From positions 1-64,000 of the forward strand of contig JYFJ02001598.1 of the NCBI GenBank assembly GCA_000934665.2: a DNA stretch of 64,000 nt, given 5' to 3'. The notes below the pieces were generated by a model. That model saw only the letters and a list, made by a program, of their open reading frames with translations. It was not told where the DNA came from and did not search any database. Made by a program: the position numbers and the translations under genes. Below, in pieces: positions 27,645-40,414 of the stretch (positions within the stretch are counted from its first letter, which is position 1; each line of letters opens with the position of its first letter). This DNA is from Catajapyx aquilonaris (Eukaryota).

Positions 27645-27860
27645 CTTGTCAAAGACGCGTGGACGGTGAGCCCGGAGGCAGACAGTCTCGAGCTCATAGC
27701 CACCGGTGCCACCGGCGCTGGTGCTTCCGCTGGTACTGGCTGCGGCATGATGAGCAGCCGCATGTTGTCGAGCGGCAGAGTGTCCGGCGGAAGAATAGGA
27801 CGCGGCTGCTGCAGCAGGGGGGACGGCGGAGGAGGGCAGCGGCTTTGGCGGCGACTCCAT
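27645..27860 (-). CDS. Putative first coding exon (72 codons) of a long-intron host gene; product uncertain, possibly Kv-channel-interacting protein (KChIP)-like
   Basis: GC-rich island, Kozak gcagccATGG and in-frame AAG|GTGAGT donor. Peptide MESPPKPLPSSAVPPAAAAA...GGYELETVCLRAHRPRVFDK. The exon call is from sequence; the product is only a recollected resemblance. Confidence 0.65.
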
Positions 27861-28035
27861 GGCTGCCTCCCAAGCTGCATGCTGCACCTACCTCGCTGCA
27901 CCGCGCTGCACAGCACCGCACTGCACCGCACCGCACTTACTTAGCCACCGGGGGCGGGCGCCATGGCCCAGCATCTCAATCCGCAGGCCGACCACACGCC
28001 CATGCACACAACCCACGTGCATACCATCACCGGAA
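27861..28035 (-). other. Putative 5' UTR portion of the exon, with uORF and pentamer microsatellite
   Basis: Acceptor-like gtgtgtcctttcag ends at 28036. uORF MAPAPGG* at 27964-27941. (GCACC/GCACT)n at ~27895-27937 on the plus strand. Confidence 0.45.
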
Positions 28036-28149
28036 CTGAAAGGACACACAAAATATTTGCTAATTAGTTCTTGTCGGTTTTGATACCATTTATTTAATAC
28101 CGAAGCAATATGATGTCGCAAGACCATCTGGAAGACTGCTTGCTAATTG

Positions 28150-29480
28150 CCACAACTTTGTATGCACACACCAAATTATTGCGAAATTGTCTGAGGACAA
28201 AAAGTGCAATGTTTCTCCCTATATACTACATGTCATAAACTAATTCAATAGCCCTGCCTTAAGAGTTTCAGTTAAACTTATATTGAAGTACCGCATTTTC
28301 TCATATAAATCCTCGGCTAAAACCTCGTGCCTAATGAAAGATTGATTGAAGTCATCCTTTAAGAACCCAAATCCGTCCTGTGGGGTTATTAGTTTCATTT
28401 GATTTCAGCCTTTGATTATGTCTTTGTGATGAACTTCCATAATACTCAATATTGAAAAATAATCCGAGTATGTTCTTGAAATAATAGCAAAATCAGTACA
28501 CAAATAAGGAGCCAGACCCATAGTTGCCATTATAAGGGTGTTTCACTAGGTAGTCCCCTAAAGAATCAGCTATATTATTTTTTATTCCTATTTTACTTAG
28601 AAACATGATGTTCAATTTAAAAGTTACCTTAATTCATGGGAATATAGTACTATTCACAATAAATGCTGGGATTGACCTTCACCTATCTCCACACGCACTC
28701 GAACGCGACTATAGACTCGACTCTTCTTATTATCGAAGTTTTTCCGCAACATATCCTCATCAATGGTCCGGATTGATGCATTGTCGCATTGATGTTGCCT
28801 TACAAGTTTTCTAACTTCGAGGCGTATTGTGTTGTTGTAAGCACAACTCTTCAAATATCCCAATTTGTGGCTTTTCAGCAGGTGGAAACAAAATGACTCA
28901 GATTTATCTTGTGACAAACGTCGTAGTGACTTTTTCGGTGATTCCAGCAGCCTGTGCCTTCCCTTTTCCGATTTTTTTCTCCCTCTAAAGGAAGTAATCT
29001 GTCACTTTATTGGTCCAAAACACTCGGTGCAGAAATCCGGACTATTAATGTTGATATGGGATAGACTATGACGCAGATTTCAAACGAACCACGCATTTTT
29101 ATATTCATTTATGCCCTTCCTTTCAACAATTTGCCAAACAACAATAAAGTAATTTCATTTTCTGAACCAGTTCCAAAAATAAATTAGCGTTTTGGCATTT
29201 TAAATAGTCCAAAACTCATTGTGCGCTTTGAGAACGACCTTTTTATTACTTTAATACAGAATAGTTCCTTCCCCAAAATGCCTTTCTGGATCCGCTCATG
29301 CAGACTCTATTATATTGTGGTTATTTATCAATTCCGACTGAATATTACTGTTGACTTCGTTACCTATGCGAGCGTTGAAGTCTTCCGTGATAACACTATG
29401 CAACACGATATTTGTCCATGGAAATTCATCGTCATATTCATGTTCCTTAGGTCACAAGTAACTCACAATGGGCATTCATT
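28150..29480 (-). pseudogene. Decayed LINE ORF2 (APE endonuclease to pre-RT region)
   Basis: The minus strand gives VITEDFNARIGNE near 29390-29355 (GDFNARIG motif). About 1 kb further it gives a NQMK...PQDG segment near 28400 resembling KxxKAPGPDG. Many stops. Confidence 0.6.
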
Positions 29481-32033
29481 TTGTCTTTGATTTGTTTTTG
29501 ACCTCGGGGCAGTCAAAAAACCAAAGTCCTCAAATATAGCAGTTTTTCCCAATCATGTGGGCCTAAAATGTTACTAGACCATCTCGGATATTTCTGAAAA
29601 TAATCACAGCTGTGCACACCTATGCCATAACATTGCATATCAAGTTTCAGCCAAATTGCAAAATACCGTGAGGAGTGAAAAAATCGCGAAATTGTGAAAA
29701 TTGGGCTTTTTTGGATAATTTTCTTCGATCGGTTATTGGAAGTGGTCAATATTCAATCCACATATACATCAATGAAAGAGAACCTCGAGTAGAATGCGCC
29801 AATGGAATTTGATTTTCTCGAAAATGCACTCAGAAAAACATGTGTGGTATTTCATCAGTCACATGTCCAAGAATTTGGCTCTATTAAAATTAATGGTAAT
29901 GCGGCAAACTAAGCATATCTATTATTTTCTCGCGAGCCATGTATGACCCAGGATTGAAACTGAACATATTGAATCTTGTATGGGTCACAACTCCTGTCAC
30001 CAAAATATGGCTGCGTCCACGAGAATCCGACCCTTGATAGCCATCCGTTGGTGCTTGTGTGACTCATGCTTTCGCCTAGGATGTTTTGCTGTCTGTTCTG
30101 GCTGAAATGCTTTGGAAATGAATCAGCCGGAATATAGGCCTCAAAAAAGGAACATTGCCAGGGTTAACTAAATTAATTTTTATTACTTTTTGTTTGAAAT
30201 ATTCATTGGTGTTTACTTGAGTGAGTGGAAACACAACAAATATCGCAATTTCCCTCCAAATCCAAACGAGTGTGCACAAATCAAAACTTTTGGAAACTTG
30301 CATTTTGCAAGTAATTTATTTCTTCGCAAGATCCTACCACATTTCTATATCTTTTTAATTGGCACAATACACCGTCAAGTCAAACGTTATAAAATCACAC
30401 ATGCAACTCAAAAATATAAGTTCAAAGTAACTGAATACCTTTTGGAAATATCTAGAGTTTTCGGGTGAATAAAAATTGATCCTGCTTGCATTTCGAAGGA
30501 GGTTCTGATATTTTATAATCATGACGTCCAACATTTAATCAAGTTATACCTAAATCACATTTTCCAAACGTAATGCAGTGTGATGACACAACAAGAGTAG
30601 AATTTCAAGTCAAATTTAACTGGTCGGCGCCAAACGGACAGCTTCAATTATCGTAAGTCTGAAGAAAACGAACTGATAGAAGAAAGGATGAAAGTATTTT
30701 ACATCAATTTACTTATTTTTGGCGATCAAAAAATAATTCATGTCCACTTGCAGGCCCTGCATGAACTGCATGTTGACTATTAGGCTGAGTGTAGGTCACA
30801 TAACTTGTCCTTCACTGTGCCACACAAACCTAACACTCTACTCTTACATTGCCTATCAATATTATTATAAGTGTGTGCAGTGCGCTTCCGCATGGAGTCA
30901 ATATTACTCGATAATGCCACACGTAATTCACCAAAATTGTTGACATCTAACTAGCCGTTTCCAGCAGTACTATTTGTTTAGAACAGCTTCAGCGTGCGCA
31001 CTGTTGTGAACAGTACGGTGTGTTAGTATTATCTGGGTAATGCCACCGTCGTGAGGCACGAAAACCCGAACTCCACAGTAATGATTGCATGTGACATGAT
31101 ATGAGTAGTAATGAAATAGGTATTCTATCTTCTCGATCATCCTCAATTTAATCTTCCTTAAGCACTGTATTTTCACACCCTGCAAGTCGATGTTCGCGCC
31201 AGTCAGCCATGTTTCACAGAAATCCTATTTCTTATTTATGTCAAAGCGCCAGGGTCAATTCTTTGTGGCCTTTTGTCGCCTTATTCTAGGACTTGGAAAG
31301 TTAACCAATCCCTCGTGTTTCACAATCTCTCCAAGACTGCAGAAGTACAGTACATGGTCTAGTCATATACAGTATTTGGGCTGAAGCGCAGACCGCCACC
31401 CTCTTGCTTATGTATCCCCTACAACGAGCTTCCAATTCTAGGGCATCTGGATGTTCCCTTGTCCTAGTTTTCTCATCCCGAATTCACATCACGCACTTCT
31501 GAGAGAGCCCAAGATAAAGACATGGTCTTGAATAAAAATTTGTAAATTAAATTGCAAAGTAGACATGCACAATTAGACTCACATAATGCTTCTGATATTA
31601 AATATCCTGAATCCAAGTCAGATGCTATACTGTATATAAAATCTTGCGGGTTACGGGTCTGTGTTGGGAAAAAATAGAATATGGTGTATAGCTTACTTAA
31701 GTAGTTGGTATAGTATAATCCTCCTTTTCTTCGCCACAGCTCCATAACCCCTATACTGCCTATAGGATGCTGCTGGCTCAAGCAATATGTGGTTTTGCTG
31801 CGCCGAAGCTCTAATTTCAGTATCAGTTAGTTTGCCCAAAGATCAACGACAGATGCAGCACGGTATTTCAGGAGGCGTTGGTTAATTGGGCCATCAGTAT
31901 TGTCAAGGTACAGTACCGATGCCGACACACGACACAAATGGTGCACAATTAGTGCCTATGTCACAGACAATCCATACTGTCGAAGCATAAGATGGACAAA
32001 GTCGTCTAAAAATATACCATAGCAGACCATAGT

Positions 32034-32238
32034 CAGTGGCGGATTTAGGTGGGGGGGGGGGGGGGCCCCCCCAGAGCTCCCTAGAGGAAAAAAAACGGAA
32101 AAAATGAAAAAAAAAACGGGGGGGGGGACTCGCAAAAACCCTCTAGAACAGTGCAAAATTGCACTGTTTTATGGGTTCTTTTCCATTTTGCGGTCGCGAC
32201 CCCCCTTGAACCCAGAAAAACTTCTGGATCTGCCACTG
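32034..32238. mobile_element. hAT-type MITE
   Basis: TIR cagtggcggat / atctgccactg with a perfect 8-bp TSD accatagt (32026-32033, 32239-32246). Confidence 0.92.
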
Positions 32239-32317
32239 ACCATAGTATTGTGTCTTGTATCTGACATGAGTACATACTTCCTAATTGGCTTATTATTTGA
32301 GATAGTTATACAATATA

Positions 32318-32695
32318 CGGTGTGTTCCAGGTATCAGGGTCGTTATAAGTTATCTCTTATCGTTATAAAAGCAAAGGTTTGCATGTTTCTGTCATTTTGT
32401 GTTTCGTATGGCAACGGGTTTAATACCGTGCCATAAATTCGGATATTTATATTATTATTTGGCCATGCGAAGAATGGTTTCCGCTGCTAGTCGCTAATTG
32501 TATTGCCCGAAGTAGTGAGTTTTGTGTACTTGTTGCGCCCCGATCCAGGGCTCAAATTATTCACAGGTGGTCGAATATACGAGTAGCAGTTGCTATATAA
32601 TAGGGCACCCTGATCGGGATGCAACAAGCTACAAAATAATAACTTCTAGTGAAATTTCCTATAACTAAAGCGACCCACATACTTGGAACACCCTG
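32318..32695. mobile_element. Tc1/mariner-type MITE (CAGGGTGTTCCAAG family) hosting a Helitron
   Basis: ta|cggtgtgttccag ... cttggaacaccctg|ta. The internal ttgttgcgccccgatcc motif is shared with the copies at 46584 and 62556. Confidence 0.8.
32353..32490 (+). mobile_element. Mini non-autonomous Helitron (138 bp)
   Basis: a|TC...tataaaa...gtttgcatgttt...gcgaag...CTAG|t with no TSD. Removing it restores agttatcgctaat, like the sister MITE arm (reverse complement of 62701-62730). Confidence 0.7.
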
Positions 32696-33888
32696 TAGTC
32701 TATAGATGGTTACACCTTCAATCCATACATTCATGGACATCGACCACCAAAATTATTGCGGAATCAGAGTGCAGGTGTGTCTGTACAGTTACGCAACTTT
32801 ATTACCAATACGCTATCCACTGTATGTACTTTTACTAAATGGAACATCTCATATCCTCTGCGGACCTAAATGTTAAACTCCTGCCTTCCCTCAGGGTTCT
32901 TCCAACACTTTCGCCCTATCTCCACTGGAGTCTTCTTTAAAGAAACTTTTAAAGTGATAAGAGAAAGACGATTAATTTAGTTTTAACCTTCAACACCAAA
33001 GGCTCTACAATCCTTATTCATATAACCTGCACCACAACCTGAGTCTTTCCCAATGACTAACATTTTTCTTATGAAATACGGTCAAATATCCTGAATAACA
33101 AGACAGAAAACTCCTCCTCTCTTTGTTATTCGATGACGAGTGAAGCAGTGGCGAAATACCGATACTGGGTGGATGTCACCATTATATGAACTGACGGACA
33201 CTCCTGAACATTATCAATACATTGACTACGTGTAAAGCAGCGTGATCCGACGCATTGATTCTCTCATGTTTCAAAAATATTGGTGTCCTCTGCATGGTAG
33301 CGGGTTGAAACTTGGACGAAAAAAATCTAAGACTTCCTTCACTGAAGAAAATAATATTGTGGTTGCATAGTAGCCTACCTATTACTATCAACTCCTACCA
33401 CCACATAGCAAGTATTTGCATCCTCAGCAGATGGAGAGGAAGGGAGGGAGAGAAGGGAACTGAGCGTCCCCGTAGGTTTATTTGAAGTAACTACACCAGC
33501 ATAAGGTATAGGCAAGGTTTCAAACTTATTTTTGAAAAAAAAAAAAAAATCCAGGCTGGTCCTACGCAAGGTTGCCCCCTGGCGACCACTGAACCAACTC
33601 TCTTGCATAGGAGTTTCCATATTAAACACTGACTTCAAAGCTCGTTTTCTCAATATTATCATGTACATGGCGCTTGGTTCCCTTGCGCATAAAGGCCCCC
33701 AGCAAGTCTGCAGGGATCACCAACTGACTCAAAACACGTTATGGTACTGTAGGAACAACGGCACCACATCTGGCTACCTATAACCACAAAACTTTCCTGA
33801 AGTTATTAGCGTAATGCAACTGTAGCCAATTAGTTAGCTTTAAAGCGACAGCATTGTTTTTCCTATGATGGGAACTTATATATGCAAG

Positions 33889-34249
33889 ACAGGGAGGCAT
33901 GGTGGTCTAGTGGTTACGCCGCTGGCCAGCCAAGCGGGAGGCCGGGGTTCAAATCCCGTCCCCGTCACCTCTGCTTGGCCGGGTCTTTTTCCGCTTTTCA
34001 CCCGACATGCCGGAGCAGAATTGCACTCCCTTCTCTGCTCGGGGCCAGGAGAAAAGGTCTGGTGTTTAAGAGGGTCTGCAATGACTAGAAACTACATGAG
34101 AGCGCCCTCCCTTGGGAAGCTACCCTTCCCCATACGCCCGTGGACCAGGGCGTTGCGACGAAAAAAAAACTGTATGTAAAAAATTGCAAAATAAATAAAG
34201 GTCCGTGCAATACCTCGAATGAGGTCCGCACTACCCAATTATTATATTA
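33889..34249 (+). mobile_element. tRNA-derived SINE, head C (tRNA-Gly-like) + tail X
   Basis: A box tggtctagtgg and B box ggttcaaatcc. Tail aataaaggtccgtgcaatacc...gcactaccc. TSD ttatatatgcaag at 33876-33888 and 34250-34262. Confidence 0.92.
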
Positions 34250-34949
34250 TTATATATGCAAGCATAGCGTTTAACAGATTTATCCTGCTTTCTTAACATT
34301 TACAATGTTTTAAATGATTGTGTATAACATCATTTTGAAAGTAATGTAATTCTAAGTTTCACAGTAACAAGAGATCTCTCTAGGGTGAATTAGAAAGGAC
34401 AGAATGGTATATGCAAATGCCTCGAGATAATGAGGTGAATCATTATACACTCTTTTCGGAATGCAATCTGGCATGCACAAACGGAAAACTGGAAAATATA
34501 TTGGCAACATTTTTCTGTTGGCCTCACATGTGAAATACCTTCACAAAATTCATCGAGAGCTCGAAAGAGATTTTTGAAGGTAAACACATAGTATCCATGA
34601 TCTACGCAAAGCTGGCAATGGAATGTCAATGTGGAGAAGTGTAACACTCGGTGTCCACCGGTTGCGGGTCTTCAAAGTATACTAGATCGGTCAACATAAG
34701 AAAGCAACCGAATGTGCATTGCCGTGGCGCACAGGATGCAATACTGGAATCAGAAGTGATCTGTATGGCCATGCCAGTGTCAGAAATGAGTGTAACCTAT
34801 ACAACAGATCATATCGTGATACTCGCAGATCACTTATTCTCATTCCAGGATTGCATCATGTGCGCCACACTCCGTTGCGTTCTTATGTTGACCGATCTAG
34901 ATAACTAGAAAGACTCGTGGCCAAAAATTTGGTCGGAAAGAGTAACCCC

Positions 34950-35212
34950 TACTGGCGTGCGGGAGGGGGCAGGGTGAGTGGTGGCGGGGCGGGGGGCAGT
35001 TGGCTGTGTCGCAAAGGCAAGGATGCAAAGATTGATTTTTTGGACTTTGGAAGGGGTATGCGGTACCAACCTAACCTAACCAAGCCTAACCTTCCTTCCT
35101 TGCGGATACACACCTATCTTCAGCGGATACACGCCTATCATTTATCCTTGCCTTTGCGACACAGCCTGCTGCTCCCACCGACTACTATCCTCCCGCCTCC
35201 CGCACGCCAGTA
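34950..35212. mobile_element. GC-rich MITE with outer and inner inverted repeats
   Basis: Outer tactggcgtgcgggagg / cctcccgcacgccagta. Inner ggctgtgtcgcaaaggcaaggat / atccttgcctttgcgacacagcc. (ACCTA)n in the spacer. Confidence 0.8.
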
Positions 35213-35796
35213 AGGTCAACTGTATCAGATTTGTTTCAGTTACCTAATACCTATGCATTAGCATTAGTGCAGACATTTTGGTACTACCGACTGTGAGTGC
35301 AGATGCGCACATGCGTTTTCTTGTTCTTGTACATTAGTGTACATTAGTGGTATACTGGAAAAAGTTATCTACGGTTCGCTGGGAAAATAATAGCACTCAT
35401 TGATTCCAATTGAGGTTTGGCACAAACGCCTACCAGTTCACGACCAACTAATAATAGCTTTTCCTTTCTCGGAAAAAATAACGACGTTGACCTGCATGAG
35501 GCAAAATCCTTATTATTGTCTCTCTGTTCAGACACCATGGGTACATTTGGCAATATTATTAACGCAAAGTGCGTTGTTTACTAGTTGACAGTTATTAGCT
35601 CTTGTTGACAGTTACACAGCAAACGATGGTGCTTGGTGCCCACTCGCATGCATGTGGATTGCCACAACAGAATGACCGAGGGCTGGAAGCCTTGTAGTTC
35701 CACTACCATTGTATCATAGTAAAAAATTTTATAGTAGGCGACACAGGATGCTGTCAAGAACGTAGTTCAACCCCTCGACATAAACTAGGAAAAAAT

Positions 35797-35886
35797 GGGG
35801 CCTTTCGCTAACGTTACAGTTCGTCACAAGAAGCGTCGGCGGGGTCAAAAAGTCTCCGAAAAGCGTCACGTAATTTATGGCCACCC
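35797..35886. mobile_element. Degenerate PIF/Harbinger-like MITE
   Basis: ggggcc... start and cgtcacgtaatttatggccaccc end resemble this MITE type; TIRs are imperfect. Confidence 0.35.
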
Positions 35887-38800
35887 TCCGGCGTACATTT
35901 CCAATCACCCACTATTTTGTCTCTCTACTCTCCCATCCCTCCCCCTCACACCTCCCCTTGTCCTCCGGACCACTTGAGGGTCGATTTCTTCTCTTGCACC
36001 GCGCAGAAGATATCGAAGGGGACGGCGTCAGGAGGGGAAGATGGGGGGCAAAAAGGGGATCCTATGGGGAGGGGGGGGAGGCGGGGAGGGTAGCTCTATT
36101 GTTCGCTGGGGCTGGCAGCGATAGCGATATCCGATGCACGTTCGCTCGATGCCACTGCCGGCCAAGAATGTACATTTATCCCCCAGCTCCCCTATACCTC
36201 TCGGAAAGAAGGCGACTGAGGGAGAAAGAGGGGTTGGTTCTGCTGAAGCGCATTGGAGACATATCCCATCCTTCAAACCCACCTCCTCGCATTTCCACAT
36301 GATTTGTGTTCCAAGAACGACCAATTATTCATCTGCCTGAGCCCTCAACTTTCTGCAGGGTCCTGGACACAATTGCCAGCCCGCGAAAAGTAGAGAGGCA
36401 CAGTACGTGTAGTGTATGAACATCTGGCGTGGGAGGGGGGGAGGGCAGGGGGAGGAACTTTGCCAAAAGCCATTTTGTATCTCACAAGCCGCAACAGCAA
36501 AGTATCGGCATCCCATTCATGCCACGAAAGCTTGGTGCTCGTCAAGGCCAAACAATCTGCCGAAGATCTAGAGCTCTTCTCCAGAAACTCTGGAAAGGAG
36601 CTATAGGGGATAGGCAAACTCTTCATACCCTCTTTAATCTTTTTCTGTACATCAATAGGATAATCATAATAATTATAATAGGAGGAGGAGAAAGGACGAC
36701 TACTTCTTTTTATATAGCATTTGATCCGGCTGAGCTAGAGAATGGGCAAAAAGGGGATGGAACGAACAGAGTTTTCACTGTATTGTCACTTGACACGTAT
36801 ACACTGCCTAACGGGAGTACAAAAGTTGAAAAGTACAACTGTCTCTCTTAATTCCCTTTTCCGCTTCCAGTCCAACTTCCTGCAAGTCCACTTTGGCTTC
36901 TCTCTTCATCATCGGACCCTTACAGAACAGCTCGGTTGCGAAGACAAAAGAGGTGGAAAATGGAGAAAATGCGGCGGACAGAAATGTAGCCAAAATCCTA
37001 TTCAGACCCTGAAATCTGGATCCAATGCGGGTGATTATCTCCTTTTGAATGTGATTACTCTTGGTCAGTAATAAATTATAAAAAAATGTATTCTATAGAC
37101 ACGAGAGTCTTTCACTAAACAATTGCCACAAAATGAAATGTTTTGAACAAGCGGTCTCTCTGCAGCAAAAAGCAACTTGGTTCTGCGGTATAGTTTTCAT
37201 GTACTGTAGTCTTAGTAGGCTATAACATGGATCCCGAATTGCCTAGGCGAGTACGGGCTATGCCAGGTCGCAGCCACTGCACACGGTAACAAAACACTAT
37301 TCATGTTATATTACCGCAGTCCAAAAGTAAGTGCCGTTTGGTCATAACATTTTTATAAATTATTTCCCCAACAAAAATCAACATAGCCACATGATGGTGT
37401 ATAGCCTTAGCCTGCACAATAACTCCACATCGATCGAACCACGTTTTAAACATGGTCCCATAATTTTGTAAGACTATGCCGCGCATTCTCGCCGCCAAGC
37501 CTATTCGTTCGACTTTTGGTTGCCCCCTAGGTTATTGCCTCGCAAGAATTTTCTGGAAATTTCAAAACCAGTGAAGACCTCGTGATAAAGGGTAAAATTT
37601 AGTTTTGGAATACAGTGGTAATAAATTCTATGAATAACTTATGAGTACTTCTTATGCATAATATAAAAATTTGCATTAGCTTGTTACTTTAGTCAGTGCT
37701 CAAGTCAAAAGCTATAGCAAGCGGTTAACTTTGTTCCAGAAATATCTCTCTCTATCTCTCTCTCTCTCTAGACTACTACACGTGCAGTTTTCCTGATTAC
37801 TATACTATGCGGAATGTTTAGTCAAACTTGTGAGAAGTTTTGCGTAAAATAATGCAGGTTGACTGCACAGGACATCTAACAAAGCATCCTGCAGAGAAGC
37901 TACTGTACACGCATAACAAGAGAACTGCGAAACCAAATTGCGGACCCTATATACAGAGTCAACTCAAATTAAAAGTCACGCTTCCATAAAAGAAACTGCT
38001 TATTACTGCAGTAGTTGACGGTGAAAAATCGTATGGGATCGATAAGTTGTGTTTATTTTCAGGCACATTTGCAGATCCCATTGCGATTAATACTAACCAC
38101 CCAGATAATGTGCTCTGATCCAGTCTAAATTACAAGCTGTGTTTTCACGAACAGAAGTTTATGCCGCTTGAGCATTTTCACGCACAAAAGAGCGGTACAG
38201 AACTGAAATCGCACAAAGCAGGGCTTAAATTTTCAACCCGCAATTCAAAAAAATAACTAAATAATCCAAATGTCCGGGGACATGAAGGTGCTAAAATAAA
38301 CTCCCGCAGGACTTACTTCAGTGCTGCACAGTTTGAGAGCGGTTGCTGTAACCGCAGGCGAGGTGTGATGTCTACTAACTACGACACTGCATGTTTATTT
38401 TAGCATGGTTTTCTCTGTTGGCTGGTGTAAGTAGCACGTTCTATGGCCCCACGGCGACTATTACTTTGCTCTACAATGTGTGTACATTTGGTTGTGGGAG
38501 GAGAGAAGCCAATCTATATAATATCACTGACCAGGATTCAGAGTCTGTTGCCTTTTTAGATACGAGGCAATTATGTCAGTAGTCTCGCGTTGACTTACTT
38601 CACAATTGCGTACGAAGGGGTGTCATTAGACACAGAAAAAAAATGCTATACCATGCACTGAGTTATATGACCGTAACACGAATAACAAAATTCTCGTAGC
38701 GTGCAGAAACGGCTGTATCGATTTTGACCATTTTGCAGGACAGTATAGGCCTGCAATGGGCCTGCCAATAATAACGTCGTACGAATGTATGGAAGGTGTG

Positions 38801-40390
38801 TTGAATGAGTAGTTTCGATTGCTTTCTGTATCGACTTTTGAAATCCGGAGAACCCAATTTTTGGCTGGTAAAGTACGTCGCATTTTAATTACCTCAGATT
38901 CAGTTTTATGGCTGCTATAGATTTGCCATTTGTACCGCGTTTGATTAATCATATTCAATCACATCTATGCACGTTTTCCGAATAGGCACCTTTGTTGTGA
39001 CAAGACCCTTTCAAACTTGCTTTTCTTTCGCAGATTTCCTTTATCAGTGTGCAGAAGAGGAATAACGTAAATGATAGTGATAACGATGATAACGATAATG
39101 ATACTAACAAAATCGCATTTCTGTGAAGTAAGCAGTCACTCGTAAAACAAGAGGGGGAGAATCTAACTGAAACTGTGTTGAGGGATCTGTGTGAGATAGA
39201 ATCCAATAAAGTGCCCTAGGGGTACTGGCATTAGGCACGTTCAGTCATGCTGAGTTTTTTAACAGTTGCGTCTCAGCAGTTATGTTAAATCTTTCCCTCG
39301 CTCGAGGCAATTGCATGTTACGTTATTATGATGATAAAAATTCTGACGAAAAGATATCTCGTGACAAGCCAACACTGAGCCACTCTCGTCTGGGGCCGGC
39401 TTAATAAACTTAAGTTGTACCGTACTACTCCAGATATAGGGAATGGTAGGTATAGTATACTCCATGCAAAAATAGCATAAAATATTTGACATACTGTAGT
39501 TTGAGAGCCTTATGGCTATACAAGCAAACAAATTACTTCAAGATTATTATCAAATAATTGTTCAATGATTATATTAAACGTATTTTATTCCGTCCTATCG
39601 AAAATCATTGCGATAAGATCACTACACTTGGTGTTACCCAAAACACAGGAAGAACATCTATCCAAAATGATGCATGCGTTGAACTTGATTATATACCAAT
39701 ATAGTACTACTGTACCATACAGCTGTATAAAGCGAATTAACACTCAAATTTGAAACAAAATACATTGTGGCGGTGCAGAAGGAAATGGATCCTGGAATCG
39801 GGTTAAATTCAGTCAACAGGCTTCAAGAGCCACCAGAGAGTACCCAGGTCCTCTTTTGTAGCGATTTTGTCTCGCTCTGGTTTGAAACATGTGCGCTCCA
39901 CTTTTCACTGGACGAATGTAAATATTAAGTTGCCAGAAAAGATTCACTTTTTAGGCGAACTTCATCTTTTCAAGTATGTAACAGAAATCTTTGACTCGGG
40001 CATATTTCGATCTTATCGCATATAAATCCAACTATTAGCATCATTTACACACAATTCCATTTAACATCTGTAACTAATAAGCTGTATTGCACTGTGCCAA
40101 ATGAAGGTTTCACCATCATTTAATAAATTGCCGATTGGAAATGTCCATTGGAGCAACTGACATCGAATGTAAATATAGCTCATTTAAATGTCAGACTAGA
40201 CCCATGCAGGAGTTAAGACATGGTGGTCCGCGCACATTAATATTATAGGCCATGTTTTAGATAATCTCTGAAAGTAACATTTCAAAAGAAAATGCTTAAA
40301 ATGAGCATCTTACGGCGAAAAACCACGCTTTATACAGTATTCTCTCTTCTGCGTTCTTGATTGGTCACTGACAAAACCGAAGGAGGCAAA

Positions 40391-40403
40391 AGCAGATGGC
40401 GCC
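40391..40403 (+). promoter_or_regulatory. Candidate CTCF site
   Basis: agcagatggcgcc matches the CTCF core AG(A/G)TGGCGC; motif match only. Confidence 0.35.
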
Positions 40404-40414
40404 CTACTGGCGCT

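Noticed and set aside
33891..33965. tRNA gene calls for the SINE heads (also 13464, 14725, 20162, 20618)
   Set aside because: The cloverleaves are imperfect and are embedded in longer elements with tails and TSDs.
38611..39020. Mariner-like ends tacgaagggg / gacaagaccctttcaaac
   Set aside because: Too degenerate, with no transposase motif between them.
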